From a virus (Duplodnaviria > Heunggongvirae > Uroviricota > Caudoviricetes): a stretch of DNA of 64,000 nucleotides. Every line of letters starts with the position of its first letter. Position 1 is the stretch's first letter. Under the pieces are notes generated by a model, which did no database searches, had not been told where the DNA came from, and was given only the letters and a program-made list of their open reading frames with translations. Where the stretch lies: the IMG/VR virus record IMGVR_UViG_3300031993_000032; one strand, written 5' to 3'. Of this stretch, positions 1 through 9,198 are shown one piece after another. The position numbers and the translations under genes were made by a program.

Positions 1-62
1 ACTGCCAGTCGTCCGGGAGGCTGCCAGCACGAAAAGGGCTGGTTGCCCAGCCCTGATTTAAT

Positions 63-779
63 TTATTTTTTCGATTTCTTTGTAGACTTCCGTTTCTTCT
101 TGAAGCCGTACTCTTTAGCCATTTCGATAAAGGCGTCGTCGTCCATATCAATGACTACTGGAGCTTCCGGAATTTCGCTCAGGTCGTCTTCTTCGATATA
201 CCAGTCGCAGAGATTCGACTGCATTTCGTCGAGGTCGCCAGAATCTGCGTTGAATCCCAGCTCGTTCAGCTTGTCAGTCAGAGCTTCGGCCACCTTGGAA
301 TCGGTGTCGATACTTTCTTGCTCGTGGCAGCCACTCCCTTCGATACCGTCGAAGCTCCACCATTCAGAGTTACCGCATTCCCAGCCGAACGCCGAGAAGG
401 TCAGCGTGGGGAACATCTCAGTAATTGCGTAGTAGAACTCGATCGGGGCGCACCACGCAGTGCTGAAGCTGTAGACGGCTTCCAGCGACTTGCCGTCGAA
501 GCACTCGCTGGTTTCGACAGACACATCGTCGTCGCCGACATCCCACTTACATCCCCAGTGGTCGCAGCACCAGCGATACCAGTTGAACACGGTTTCACAG
601 TGGTTCTCTCTGCCGTCCTGGTAGTTGGGGTCTTTCTCGTCCATAGGCACGAGCGAATTGAACGACAGTGGAGCAGATTCGCCCTTGTCGTTCGCAGGGC
701 CACGAGCCTTCTGCATAAAAAGTTCGACATCGGCCTTCGAGCCGGTAACGGTTAAAACATTTGAACACCAGTTTGGCAT
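63..779 (-). CDS. hypothetical acidic protein (MPNWCSN N-terminus, Trp/Cys-rich core, acidic lysine-tailed C-terminus)
   Basis: ORF 63..905 trimmed to ATG at 779. CCAAGGAG RBS 8 nt upstream. Cassette lies upstream. Confidence 0.6.
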   Translation of the reverse strand: MPNWCSNVLTVTGSKADVELFMQKARGPANDKGESAPLSFNSLVPMDEKDPNYQDGRENHCETVFNWYRWCCDHWGCKWDVGDDDVSVETSECFDGKSLEAVYSFSTAWCAPIEFYYAITEMFPTLTFSAFGWECGNSEWWSFDGIEGSGCHEQESIDTDSKVAEALTDKLNELGFNADSGDLDEMQSNLCDWYIEEDDLSEIPEAPVVIDMDDDAFIEMAKEYGFKKKRKSTKKSKK

Positions 780-817
780 AATCAACTCCTTGGTTTTGGT
801 TTGTGTAGAAAAAATAT

Positions 818-852
818 CCCGGCGAGGCAGTCCCGCCGGGTAAGCGTCAGTC
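818..852 (-). promoter_or_regulatory. cassette instance 1 (hairpin CCCGGCG-GGACTGCCT-CGCCGGG plus GACTGA)
   Basis: Read directly from the sequence. One of about 34 copies, listed in findings. Confidence 0.6.
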
Positions 853-1515
853 TTCGACGTGGTGAGTTTCCCAGTATTCTCTGGCGTAGTCGTCAGAAGC
901 GTCACGGTCGAACGGAGAACCGTCGATCGGCGTACCGGAGAAGCCTGTAGAACATTCAGAAATAAATTCTTCTACGTCCTTGGCGCACGTCGTCTGGTAG
1001 AACTCGGCTATCTTGGTTCGACCGACGTATTCGGCGATACGTTCGTTCTTGATAGTGATTTCGCTGTCCCAGATTTCGTCGACAAAATCATCCAGAAGTT
1101 CTGCGCCGTACCACTTGGCGACCATGGCGTCGCAGTCGTCCTGAGCCAGTTGCAGCTCACGCTTTTTCTTGCCGGTATAGAAGTATCCGTCCACCCAGCG
1201 TTCAGCGATAGCCTCGACGATGTCGCAGCGAGCTTCCATTCGTTCTGGATGGTCGTCACGATCGGTTTCGTCGTCGGTTTCCATCAGAGGGCCGAAGTCC
1301 AGATTCTCCTGAAGCATACGGATCATTACCGCTTCCTTCAGGTCGCGTTCCTTCTGGTTTTCTTGGCTGGGATAGACGGCAGTGTCGTCGTCTACAGCCA
1401 GTTCAGGATTGTCGTTCAGAACATCTTCTTCCGTCGCCTCGTAGCCTTGGGCACAGAGAAGGCTGGTCAGATGGTTTTCTTTACAGGACTTGATGAGTTG
1501 TTCTCTTGAAAGCAT
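847..1515 (-). CDS. hypothetical acidic protein
   Basis: ORF track. AAGGAG RBS. Cassette upstream. Confidence 0.6.
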   Translation of the reverse strand: MLSREQLIKSCKENHLTSLLCAQGYEATEEDVLNDNPELAVDDDTAVYPSQENQKERDLKEAVMIRMLQENLDFGPLMETDDETDRDDHPERMEARCDIVEAIAERWVDGYFYTGKKKRELQLAQDDCDAMVAKWYGAELLDDFVDEIWDSEITIKNERIAEYVGRTKIAEFYQTTCAKDVEEFISECSTGFSGTPIDGSPFDRDASDDYAREYWETHHVED

Positions 1516-1582
1516 TTTAAATCTCCTTGGGTTGTATAGGATAAATAACCCGGCGAGGCAGTCCCGCCGGGTAATGACCAGT

Positions 1583-2026
1583 CTATTTAATGGTCAACGT
1601 CTTGATACGGAGCCAGTACTCAGGACCGAATTCATCCATAGAGAAGTATTCCGCACCGTTGTTCAGAAGCTCCTTGGCTTCTTCACGGTCAGGCTCTTCT
1701 TCGTCGACGTGGATGACGTTAATCTCGGAAGCGTATTCGATAGCGGCAATAGCCTTCTTCGCCAGCTCTTCCTGAGCTTTCTTCTGGTCGAAGAACAGTT
1801 GGATAGTCGGGTCGTTGTCCTGATAGTCTTCAGGCTCCGGCGATTCGACGAGAGCGTACACGGCCTTGGGCAGTGCAGCGACGAACTTCTCGGCGAGTTC
1901 CTTGAGGTCGGTAAAGTAGTTCTCGACCTTGTAGGCGTCGTCGAGGTTATTGGTAGAATAGTCAATGGAGTCTTTGCCCTTCTTGACCAGTTCGTTGACC
2001 TGTTTGATGAATTCTTCCGGTTTCAT
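1583..2026 (-). CDS. hypothetical acidic protein
   Basis: ORF track. AAGGAG RBS. Cassette upstream. Confidence 0.6.
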   Translation of the reverse strand: MKPEEFIKQVNELVKKGKDSIDYSTNNLDDAYKVENYFTDLKELAEKFVAALPKAVYALVESPEPEDYQDNDPTIQLFFDQKKAQEELAKKAIAAIEYASEINVIHVDEEEPDREEAKELLNNGAEYFSMDEFGPEYWLRIKTLTIK

Positions 2027-2063
2027 ATTGAATCTCCTTGGGTTGTGTATAAAGAAAATAAAA

Positions 2064-2096
2064 CACGGTGGCAGTCCCGCAGGGCTGCCGCCAGTG
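2064..2096 (-). promoter_or_regulatory. cassette instance 3 (hairpin GGCAG-T-CCC-GCA-GGG-CTGCC)
   Basis: Read directly from the sequence. Confidence 0.6.
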
Positions 2097-2606
2097 CTAC
2101 ACTTCGTCGATGTCTTCGATAACAGCGTCTACGCCGTCCACATCAGCAGTCTGATATGTTTCGTAGGCTTGTTCTTCGAGCTTTTCACGAGCTTCGTCTT
2201 CGTCGTAAGCTTCGCACTCGACGTAAATGCAGTAGTTGATGCTAGCAGTTGCACTGTACTTCTTGGGCAGCCAGTATTCCTTGAACCACTTCTTGGGGTT
2301 CTTCAGGATGTCGGCAGCCGGTTCATCACATTCAAGGCATTCAGAACCTTTGTCAATGTTAATGCAGTCCACTTTACCTTTCAGAATAGTAATGCACAGG
2401 TCACGACCAGACTTTTTGTGATCGAACAACACATTTTCATAAGTCATATTGTCGATCTTGCGGACTTCGGTTTCCGTGTATGTAAATTCCGTGTCCACGT
2501 CAAATGTTTTCAGCTTGGCTTTAGTAACACACTTGACCAGAAAGTCGTGTGCGGCCTTGAAAGCTGCGTTCTGATTGTCAGTGTATTTGGAAACGAGTGT
2601 ATTCAT
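2097..2606 (-). CDS. hypothetical protein
   Basis: ORF track. CAGGAG RBS. Cassette upstream. Confidence 0.6.
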   Translation of the reverse strand: MNTLVSKYTDNQNAAFKAAHDFLVKCVTKAKLKTFDVDTEFTYTETEVRKIDNMTYENVLFDHKKSGRDLCITILKGKVDCINIDKGSECLECDEPAADILKNPKKWFKEYWLPKKYSATASINYCIYVECEAYDEDEAREKLEEQAYETYQTADVDGVDAVIEDIDEV

Positions 2607-2673
2607 GATTAACTCCTGGGTTTGTATAGGGAAAATAACCCGGCGAGGCAGTCCCGCCGGGCCTGATCCAGTC

Positions 2674-3090
2674 TTACTTCTTCTGGCGCAGCTTCAGCAT
2701 ATCGCCGTCGAACGTGTGGCACGTCCTCGGAATGTCGTACATGACGACGTTGCTCACCTTGTCGCCGTGGATACAGCTGCGAATCATCCACCACTTGCCA
2801 CAGTCAGCGCAGCTGCCCTCGCTGACGATGTACGGATTGAGGCCGATGTGCAGCTCTCCGTTATAGCCACCGTACTCGACCTTGTCGTTCCAGTCGATCG
2901 AGTTGGGCTTGCCGCCGCAGAACGGACATACCAGACCGTCATCGTGCTGCTTCACGGCGATCTGGCAGATCCAGACATCCTCGCCGCAGCTGATCGCCTG
3001 TTCAGTAATCATCTTGCGCTTGCCGTAGAACTTGTTGCGGTAGGTTCCCCAACTCTTGTTGATTTCTTGCGATGTCTTGATAATTCCCAT
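2674..3090 (-). CDS. Cys-rich putative zinc-ribbon protein (CPFCGG...CADCG)
   Basis: ORF 2674..3348 trimmed to Met87, which follows a CCAAGGAG RBS. The cassette lies inside the discarded 5' extension. Confidence 0.55.
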   Translation of the reverse strand: MGIIKTSQEINKSWGTYRNKFYGKRKMITEQAISCGEDVWICQIAVKQHDDGLVCPFCGGKPNSIDWNDKVEYGGYNGELHIGLNPYIVSEGSCADCGKWWMIRSCIHGDKVSNVVMYDIPRTCHTFDGDMLKLRQKK

Positions 3091-3156
3091 ATGAACTCCT
3101 TGGTTTATTGTGTGTAACGGAAATAACCCGGCAGGGCAGTCCCGTGCCGGGTCGAT

Positions 3157-3335
3157 CAGTCCCACGAGATAACCTTTCCGTCGTAGCGAAAGCCGTTGCC
3201 TTGGGAGGCAATGTCCTTCGCCGCTTCGGAATACTTCTCCGGAACCGTAAAAGATTTGATGTGCTTGTAGAACGCCTTTGACACCCACGTGTAGAGGATG
3301 ACCTTCTGGCGTTCGATTTCGTCTTGCTTGCTCAT
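3157..3335 (-). CDS. small 59-aa ORF (MSKQDEIERQK...)
   Basis: Below the ORF-track size cut-off. ATG sits 3 nt after the stop of the upstream gene. Ends in the GACTGA element of the next cassette. Confidence 0.35.
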
Positions 3336-3338
3336 AGG

Positions 3339-3686
3339 CTACCACCATGCCCAGAACGCCGCAGTGTCCCCTTCATGCATCGTGCCCAGAACCTCGCTGG
3401 CATCGTCATAGACTTGCTGCACGTCTCTGAAATACCACTCGTCATAGTCAGTACTGCCAAAGAAGAACCCACTCTGGGTAGGCAGCAGTTCTTCTGCCTT
3501 GTCGTGGTTCTCCAGGACAGTCTTGCAGCGTTCGACGAGGTCGGTCATGTCTTCGACGGACAGATCCACGGACTCGCAGTCTTCGAGTTCGCGATCCAGC
3601 TTCGATTCGACAAACGGAATCAGGAAGTTGACCTTGCGGAAATACTTTTCGCAAGTTTTAGATTTGATAGTGATATCCAGACCCAT
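3339..3686 (-). CDS. hypothetical protein
   Basis: ORF track. AAGGAG RBS. Cassette upstream. Confidence 0.6.
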   Translation of the reverse strand: MGLDITIKSKTCEKYFRKVNFLIPFVESKLDRELEDCESVDLSVEDMTDLVERCKTVLENHDKAEELLPTQSGFFFGSTDYDEWYFRDVQQVYDDASEVLGTMHEGDTAAFWAWW

Positions 3687-3767
3687 GATGATTCTCCTTG
3701 GTTAAGGATTGTATAAAGAAAATAAAATAATGCAGCAGTCCCGCAGGGCTGCCGCCAGTTTTACGAC

Positions 3768-4238
3768 CTAGCCGAACTTGACTACTTGCGACCAGTTGGC
3801 TTCGGATTTGTACTTCTTGACAAACTCCTTGTACTTTGGCGTCCGCTGGTACAGACTGCCGAAGTCGATCGCCCACGCAAAGCCGTCGATACTGTCGTAG
3901 TGGTCTTCTGGGTCGTTGTAGACCAGATAGAGCGACAAGCCGGTGGCTTTCTTGAACTCCTTGTGAATCTTGTTACGCTGCTTGCAGAGCTTCTTGAACA
4001 TCGCTTCGGCTTCTTCGCCGTAGGAGTCGTCGTCGAACAGCCCTTGACCGTTACCGTCACGTGACCAGTCAAGCTCGTCGTTGACAAATTCTTCACGACC
4101 ACAGTCGTCGAGAACGCCGTCGATCTTGAAGAATTCCTTGATAGTGTCGATGTGTTCCTTGGCCAGATCGCCGAGAACCTTGTTTACTGCGTCGTCCGAA
4201 ATTACATAGTGAACTGTTACACATGCGCCCATTGACAT
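3768..4238 (-). CDS. hypothetical acidic protein
   Basis: ORF 3768..4487 trimmed to Met84, which follows an AAGGAG RBS. Confidence 0.55.
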   Translation of the reverse strand: MSMGACVTVHYVISDDAVNKVLGDLAKEHIDTIKEFFKIDGVLDDCGREEFVNDELDWSRDGNGQGLFDDDSYGEEAEAMFKKLCKQRNKIHKEFKKATGLSLYLVYNDPEDHYDSIDGFAWAIDFGSLYQRTPKYKEFVKKYKSEANWSQVVKFG

Positions 4239-4321
4239 AGTTGATCTCCTTGGTTGATTGTTGATGGGTTTGTATGGGTTAAATAAAGGGAAGCAGCAGT
4301 CCCGCAGGGCTGCCGCCAGTA

Positions 4322-4372
4322 TTAGCCGGATACACGCTTCTTGGAAGGCTTCTTGATAATTTTCTTGGGCAT
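4322..4372 (-). CDS. 16-aa basic micropeptide MPKKIIKKPSKKRVSG (paralog family member a)
   Basis: GGAGG RBS. ATG overlaps the upstream stop (TGATG). Two paralogs at 13056 and 19321. Confidence 0.3.
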   Translation of the reverse strand: MPKKIIKKPSKKRVSG

Positions 4373-4572
4373 CAGACGGCCTCCACGTCGGTGATTTCGA
4401 ATGTAGAATCCGGATATTCACAGTACAGATAGTCATGCTGGTCACGGAGAGCAGCGAACAGTGTATCAAAGTCGGCATCGTCAACATCAGACTGCACCGA
4501 AACGGTGCAGTATTCTGTGTCCAGATACTCGCCTTCCTTCGTGATATAGATAGTGAGTTCGAGTTCCTTCAC
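4372..4572 (-). CDS. hypothetical acidic protein (GTG start)
   Basis: ORF track. TAGGAGG RBS 6 nt before GTG. Confidence 0.45.
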   Translation of the reverse strand: MKELELTIYITKEGEYLDTEYCTVSVQSDVDDADFDTLFAALRDQHDYLYCEYPDSTFEITDVEAV

Positions 4573-4581
4573 GGCAGCCTC

Positions 4582-4920
4582 CTACGGAACGATGAACCAA
4601 GTCAGCTGGACTGCCGATTCTTGGACGTAAATTTCTGCAACTGGTTCCGTGCTGTTCGGCTCGGTGGCTGTCTTGATGTAGTAGAAGTCGGTATCGTCTT
4701 CGCAAACATTGTCGAGTACATCATTATTGTCAACACTGCGATACTCGCCGTCGGCAATCGGGTCAAATTCGACATCCAGTTCCTTGAGATTCTTCGACAC
4801 GAGCAGCTTAATTGCCTTGTTCGCTTCGTCGATGTAGTCTACGGTAATGACTTTTACGTTCTGGGGAACCACGCTAACGAAGCCGTTGTTTTCGCCTTGC
4901 ATAATCTGAACTACGTTCAT
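4582..4920 (-). CDS. hypothetical protein
   Basis: ORF track. AAGGAG RBS. Cassette upstream. Confidence 0.6.
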   Translation of the reverse strand: MNVVQIMQGENNGFVSVVPQNVKVITVDYIDEANKAIKLLVSKNLKELDVEFDPIADGEYRSVDNNDVLDNVCEDDTDFYYIKTATEPNSTEPVAEIYVQESAVQLTWFIVP

Positions 4921-4992
4921 ATGAACTCCTTGGTTGTTGGTTGTATAAAGAAAATAAAATGGATAGGCAGTCCCGGAGGAGCTGCCCCAGTC

Positions 4993-5562
4993 CTAAACGA
5001 CCATCAGCGGATAGTCCTCGTGACGGCGAGGCGCAAATATCCAGCTGGACAAGCGCATGTACGGCCAGCTTACCCCTTGCGGCGTGCAGTAGACCTTGCC
5101 ACGCTTTACAGACTTCACGTCGAACGTGTCGCCAGCTTTGAACTTGGTTCCGTTGTTCAGCTCGAAATCACGCTTGGCTGCGATAACCGACCCTGGCTGG
5201 ATGGCCTTCAGCTCCTTGGACGCACGCTCTGCCCGCTCGCAGCTCAACAGCCAGTCGGCCTCGTACTTCTCGGCGATGATACCACGCTTGTCGAGCTCAC
5301 GGCGAAGCCAGCGAGCCGCAGCGAGGTTGATATCATAGGGACCCGACGACACTTCGATGTCCTTGTAGCCGTACTCACGCTTGCCGAACTTGTGTACCAT
5401 CACGTCCACGAGGAACGGACGGTCATTGGCAACGTCCAGACACTTAAGGAAGCTGCCGCACCAGCCGAACGTCTTAACTCGACCAGAACGAGCCATGTCT
5501 TCTTCATATTCACGGCGAAGCACCGTAGGCGTAGTCCATTTCCAGCAACTTGTCCATCCCAT
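4993..5562 (-). CDS. hypothetical protein
   Basis: ORF track. AAGGAG RBS. Cassette upstream. Confidence 0.6.
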   Translation of the reverse strand: MGWTSCWKWTTPTVLRREYEEDMARSGRVKTFGWCGSFLKCLDVANDRPFLVDVMVHKFGKREYGYKDIEVSSGPYDINLAAARWLRRELDKRGIIAEKYEADWLLSCERAERASKELKAIQPGSVIAAKRDFELNNGTKFKAGDTFDVKSVKRGKVYCTPQGVSWPYMRLSSWIFAPRRHEDYPLMVV

Positions 5563-5600
5563 ATCAAACTCCTTGGTTGAGGTTCACTAATAAAATATAA

Positions 5601-5634
5601 CTTTCTGGCAGTCCCGTGTCAATACCACCAGTCA
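5601..5634 (-). promoter_or_regulatory. cassette instance 9 (loop variant TCCCGTGTCAATAC)
   Basis: Read directly from the sequence. The same loop variant recurs at 8569, 10909 and 14213 with compensating stems. Confidence 0.55.
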
Positions 5635-5649
5635 ACTAGTTATATTTTA

Positions 5650-5677
5650 AACGAAAAAAGGGTCTTACAACCCTTTG
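5650..5677 (-). terminator. intrinsic terminator (AAAGGGTCTTACAACCCTTT + T-run on the minus strand)
   Basis: Read directly from the sequence. Confidence 0.6.
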
Positions 5678-6411
5678 ATATACACTCCACGGATACCGTA
5701 GTCAACCCAGTACGGAGCTGACTCCTTCTGGTCTGCAAAAAATTTTTCAATGGCGTCATACTGCGACTTGCGACCAGTGATAAAGAACGACACCACTGCG
5801 TAATCGTCGTTGTCGGAGTCCGTAGTACAAGAAATTTCCTTGTCCTTGCCCCATTCGTTAAACGACTTTTTGAGCTTGGCAGCGTAGTCCCACAATTCAG
5901 TTTCACGCGACAGTGACGACCAGACACTGTAGCCGAACGTCACCTTGTAGTCAAGGTAGTTCGGATAGTTCTTCACGAGAAGAATCGGCAGCGCGGTACC
6001 CTTGTCCTGATCATACTTCGACGTCGACATATAGGTGGTGCCGACGTCCACCTTGAACGCCTTGCCAATGCCGTTCGCACACCAGTAGTTCTGGTGATCC
6101 CCCATCGTGACCAATTCCCACGGGCCTCTGTAACCGTGGTTAGTATATTCACGAGTGCCCTTCGGTGCCACGGCGAGGAACTGGTTGACGACGTCCTTGT
6201 CGTCGTTCAGACGCTTCACTTCGACTGGCATCATGATATGCCAGTTAGTGTCCTTGAGCTTTTCGGTCACAGTAGCCACGGCGTTCTGAGAATACAGCGT
6301 GTGCGTACTGAAACGAGTGTCAGCACCAGCGAGGCTCTTGTCGTTGACCCAGCGCACGGTGAGCGAACCGAGCTTAAATTCCTTGTCACAATTGATAGTC
6401 AGTCTTTTCAT
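5665..6411 (-). CDS. hypothetical protein (248 aa)
   Basis: ORF 5665..6534 trimmed to Met42 after an AAGGAG RBS. Intrinsic terminator downstream at about 5650-5677. Confidence 0.6.
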   Translation of the reverse strand: MKRLTINCDKEFKLGSLTVRWVNDKSLAGADTRFSTHTLYSQNAVATVTEKLKDTNWHIMMPVEVKRLNDDKDVVNQFLAVAPKGTREYTNHGYRGPWELVTMGDHQNYWCANGIGKAFKVDVGTTYMSTSKYDQDKGTALPILLVKNYPNYLDYKVTFGYSVWSSLSRETELWDYAAKLKKSFNEWGKDKEISCTTDSDNDDYAVVSFFITGRKSQYDAIEKFFADQKESAPYWVDYGIRGVYIKGL

Positions 6412-6574
6412 AAATAACTCCTTGGTTGTATAAGGGCAATAACCCGGCGAGACAGTCCCGCCAGGTATCTGCCAGTCGTCCGATCCGGACAGCAAGCAGA
6501 AAAAGGCGGCCAGGGTCTCCCCCAGCCGCCTCACCTCAACAACAAATTTTAATCGTCCCAGTCAAGCTGTGCAA

Positions 6575-6901
6575 TTATTCGGCCTCCTTTACGGTTACGG
6601 TGTAGCTGTTGCCATCGAAGTCGACCAATTCCCAGTCGCCCAGGAATTCGTCTTCCACATCCGTGTGGCTGACTTCTGAGTACAGACCGTCGGCGTTGCG
6701 CTTGAACAGAACTGCTTCAGTCCATGCTGGTTCTTCGTCGCCGCATCCGACGCACTTTACATCAACGATGTACATACCGTCAAGGAACGATACCGATTCG
6801 GTGTGGACTTCTTCGTCGTCCATGTGTCCAGGTTCAGCGAGCGCCTTCTTGATAAATGCGCTGCGTTCCTTGGAAATCTCGATAGTTGCTGTGTAATCCA
6901 T
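6575..6901 (-). CDS. hypothetical protein
   Basis: ORF track. AAGGAG RBS. The tRNA-like element lies directly upstream. Confidence 0.6.
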   Translation of the reverse strand: MDYTATIEISKERSAFIKKALAEPGHMDDEEVHTESVSFLDGMYIVDVKCVGCGDEEPAWTEAVLFKRNADGLYSEVSHTDVEDEFLGDWELVDFDGNSYTVTVKEAE

Positions 6902-6928
6902 GATGAACTCCTTGGTTGTTAAAAATAG

Positions 6929-7054
6929 CGGTCTGGGTAGGACTCGAACCTACATCCTGCGCCCGTATGGAGCCGTTGTCGCTGCTCTTTACTAGTGTAC
7001 AGCTAGTCTATTTTCCCGCCGAAGCCGTCGCCTCGACTTTTAAGCTACCAGACC
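6929..7054 (-). ncRNA. tRNA-like element, 126 nt: canonical T-arm (GTAGG-TTCGAGT-CCTAC), 7-bp acceptor stem (GGTCTGG/CCAGACC), plausible D-arm, no encoded CCA; anticodon region atypical and over-long
   Basis: Read by eye on the minus strand. Perfect 7-bp acceptor complement 126 nt apart. T-loop matches T-Psi-C-R-A. Confidence 0.4.
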
Positions 7055-7102
7055 AATGGTGTAATGATCCGGCGGAGCAGTCCCGCCGGACCGGGTTCAG
7101 TG

Positions 7103-7333
7103 TTACTTCTTGAACTTCTCGTTGTTCTTGGCTCTGATGTCCTTCACACGAGCGATTACCTTCTTGCCGGCCTTCTCGGTCTGGTCAAGTGCGGCTTCCG
7201 TCGCATTGTCTGCGGCGTCACGCACGAGCTCCGTTCCGGCCTTTTTGACAGAAGCCTTCGAAGAATCCGAAGCGAACATATAGAGGCCAGCAAGAACGCC
7301 AGCGAGAAAAATGGCAGCAAGAAATTTAAACAT
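7103..7333 (-). CDS. small membrane protein (76 aa)
   Basis: ORF 7103..7507 trimmed to Met59 after an AAGGAG RBS. Hydrophobic N-terminus. Confidence 0.5.
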   Translation of the reverse strand: MFKFLAAIFLAGVLAGLYMFASDSSKASVKKAGTELVRDAADNATEAALDQTEKAGKKVIARVKDIRAKNNEKFKK

Positions 7334-7419
7334 GGTTGTTTCTCCTTGTGGTTGATTGTTTGCATAAATGGAATAGGAAGAAGGGGCAGTCCCGTAGGAC
7401 TGCCCCCAGTCCACCTCAA

Positions 7420-7794
7420 CTAGACTTCTGTAGGCTTGAAGCTGGCTTCGTCGTGTACCTTGATACCGATGAACAGATAGCCGCCGCCCGCACCGTTGGA
7501 ACGCCATTCCGTGTCGTCGTCAGACTCGCCCACACGGCAGTACTCCATGCCTTGGTCTACTGGCGGCGTGTCCCTCGCGTAGACGTACTTGTCCACGACT
7601 TCCATGACCGCCTTCACGTCTGGATAGCCATCATCGTCTTCGTACCACTTCGCCCAGTCAGCGACGAACAGCGTTTCGCCCTTGGCGTTGGTTCCGATTT
7701 CTTCGAGACTCGAATCGTGCTGGGCGAGAATCGTTCTGATTTCGTCGGCAGCCTTGCGGCCAGCAACAATTTTAACTTCACTGTAGTATCCCAT
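7420..7794 (-). CDS. hypothetical acidic protein
   Basis: ORF track. AAGGAG RBS. Confidence 0.6.
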   Translation of the reverse strand: MGYYSEVKIVAGRKAADEIRTILAQHDSSLEEIGTNAKGETLFVADWAKWYEDDDGYPDVKAVMEVVDKYVYARDTPPVDQGMEYCRVGESDDDTEWRSNGAGGGYLFIGIKVHDEASFKPTEV

Positions 7795-7934
7795 TGTTTA
7801 ACTCCTTGGTTGAGGTTTGTATAAATGTAATAGGACGGTCCGGCAGCCCCGCGGCCGCTAGGCCAGTGTCTCAAGGAACTCGTCCATGTACTCCAGGTCA
7901 GTCTCGTTAGTGCAGCCGAAGCACAAATTATTTT

Positions 7935-8519
7935 TCAGTTTGCGAGCCACGCAAAGTCATACTTCTTTGGGGTAAGTCGACGACGGCGGTTCATCGTATG
8001 CGGTTCCCAGTTCCAGTTCTTGTGGTCGGTAAAGCAAGTGATGACCCTAGTGTCAAGGTTGTAGAACCATACATACTCGCAGAAGTCAAACTCACGGTGT
8101 CCATTCAGCGCCTCTTTGACAGATGTAGGCGCAGTCCTGTCCGTGTCATACGAGCCGATCTCCGTGGGGTCAAGGGCAATCGGCTTGTCGCCCTTCTTGA
8201 CCTGGGGGATGACTGGGAGATAGGCGGTCGGCTGCGGACGCATATAGATGTCCTCAAAGTCCGTGGGCCTGTTAGGGAACCGCTTGAGCCAGTTAGCCTT
8301 CAGGGCTTCGATGTATCCGTCCCAGTAGGACTGCGAGTAAAGGTGTTCGAGATAGAGATAATTGCCTTCGTCAATCGGAGCCATGGCGTTGTAAAGCTCT
8401 TCGATTTCAGAGTCGAGCATATCCTTGAGGGTCTGGCCGTGGTTGTCGCCGTCCCAGTGGAGGAAGCAGTAGCGGACTCGGCGGCCTTTTTGTAATGCGA
8501 GAATAGAACGTGTAGACAT
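7935..8519 (-). CDS. hypothetical protein (194 aa)
   Basis: ORF 7935..8582 trimmed to Met22 after a CAAGGAG RBS. Confidence 0.55.
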   Translation of the reverse strand: MSTRSILALQKGRRVRYCFLHWDGDNHGQTLKDMLDSEIEELYNAMAPIDEGNYLYLEHLYSQSYWDGYIEALKANWLKRFPNRPTDFEDIYMRPQPTAYLPVIPQVKKGDKPIALDPTEIGSYDTDRTAPTSVKEALNGHREFDFCEYVWFYNLDTRVITCFTDHKNWNWEPHTMNRRRRLTPKKYDFAWLAN

Positions 8520-8674
8520 TGTTGAACTCCTTGATTGAGGTTTGTATAAATATAATATAACTAAATGACAGTCCCGTGTCAATACTGTCAGTCAAAAAGT
8601 TATATTTTTGGATCGACCGCCGGTTCGGTAGATCCGAGAACAAATAAAAAAGTGCCCCATCTGGGGCACCGTTT

Positions 8675-9136
8675 TTACTGTTCCTCACACGAGGACATCT
8701 CGACGAATCTGGACGTGCCGTTCATTTCATCGTCGTCCATACTCTCAAACTTTGCCTTGGCTTCGTCTTCGCTGTTGGCCTTGATGTAGAGTTCCTTGCG
8801 GAATGTGATACGGAAGGTCTTGGCACCAGTGTCCTTGGAGCCGTCGCGAGTCACTTTGCCGCCCAGCAAATCGGCGAGCTCGTCGGCTGCGTCGCGGTTC
8901 GGCAGCGGAACGGTGTAGCGGTTCTCCTCGTAGTAGTCGCACCGTTCGTCGCCGCTCTCTACGGTGATGGTAAATTCTGGGTGGCCGTTGGCCATGCTGG
9001 AATCTACATCACCGTCATCGCCAGCGTAGTACTGGAGGAAGAAATTGGTGATATCTTCCGCTTCGAATTCTGCCTCGAAGTGTTCCAGCACTTCGTCGAT
9101 ACCGTAATATTCATGTACATGGGTGGTTGCGCTCAT
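8675..9136 (-). CDS. hypothetical acidic protein
   Basis: ORF track. AAGGAG RBS. Terminator downstream at 8646-8672. Confidence 0.6.
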   Translation of the reverse strand: MSATTHVHEYYGIDEVLEHFEAEFEAEDITNFFLQYYAGDDGDVDSSMANGHPEFTITVESGDERCDYYEENRYTVPLPNRDAADELADLLGGKVTRDGSKDTGAKTFRITFRKELYIKANSEDEAKAKFESMDDDEMNGTSRFVEMSSCEEQ

Positions 9137-9198
9137 AAGTAATCTCCTTGGCTGAGGTTTGTATAAAGGTAATAGTTCGGCGAGGCAGTCCCGCCGAG

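Noticed and set aside
4435-5580. 381-aa plus-strand ORF, and similar long antisense ORFs at 859..1509, 1490..2122, 1965..2612, 10492..11346, 12203..13087 and 15973..17136
   Set aside because: Each lies opposite two or three minus-strand genes that carry CCAAGGAG ribosome-binding sites and cassettes. None has an RBS or promoter of its own. They span several cassette hairpins. Treated as antisense artefacts.
6929-7054. Calling the element a canonical tRNA-Tyr or tRNA-His gene
   Set aside because: At 126 nt it is far too long. No normal anticodon arm can be drawn between the D-arm and the T-arm. Position 37 of the only candidate anticodon loop is C. It is kept as a tRNA-like ncRNA.
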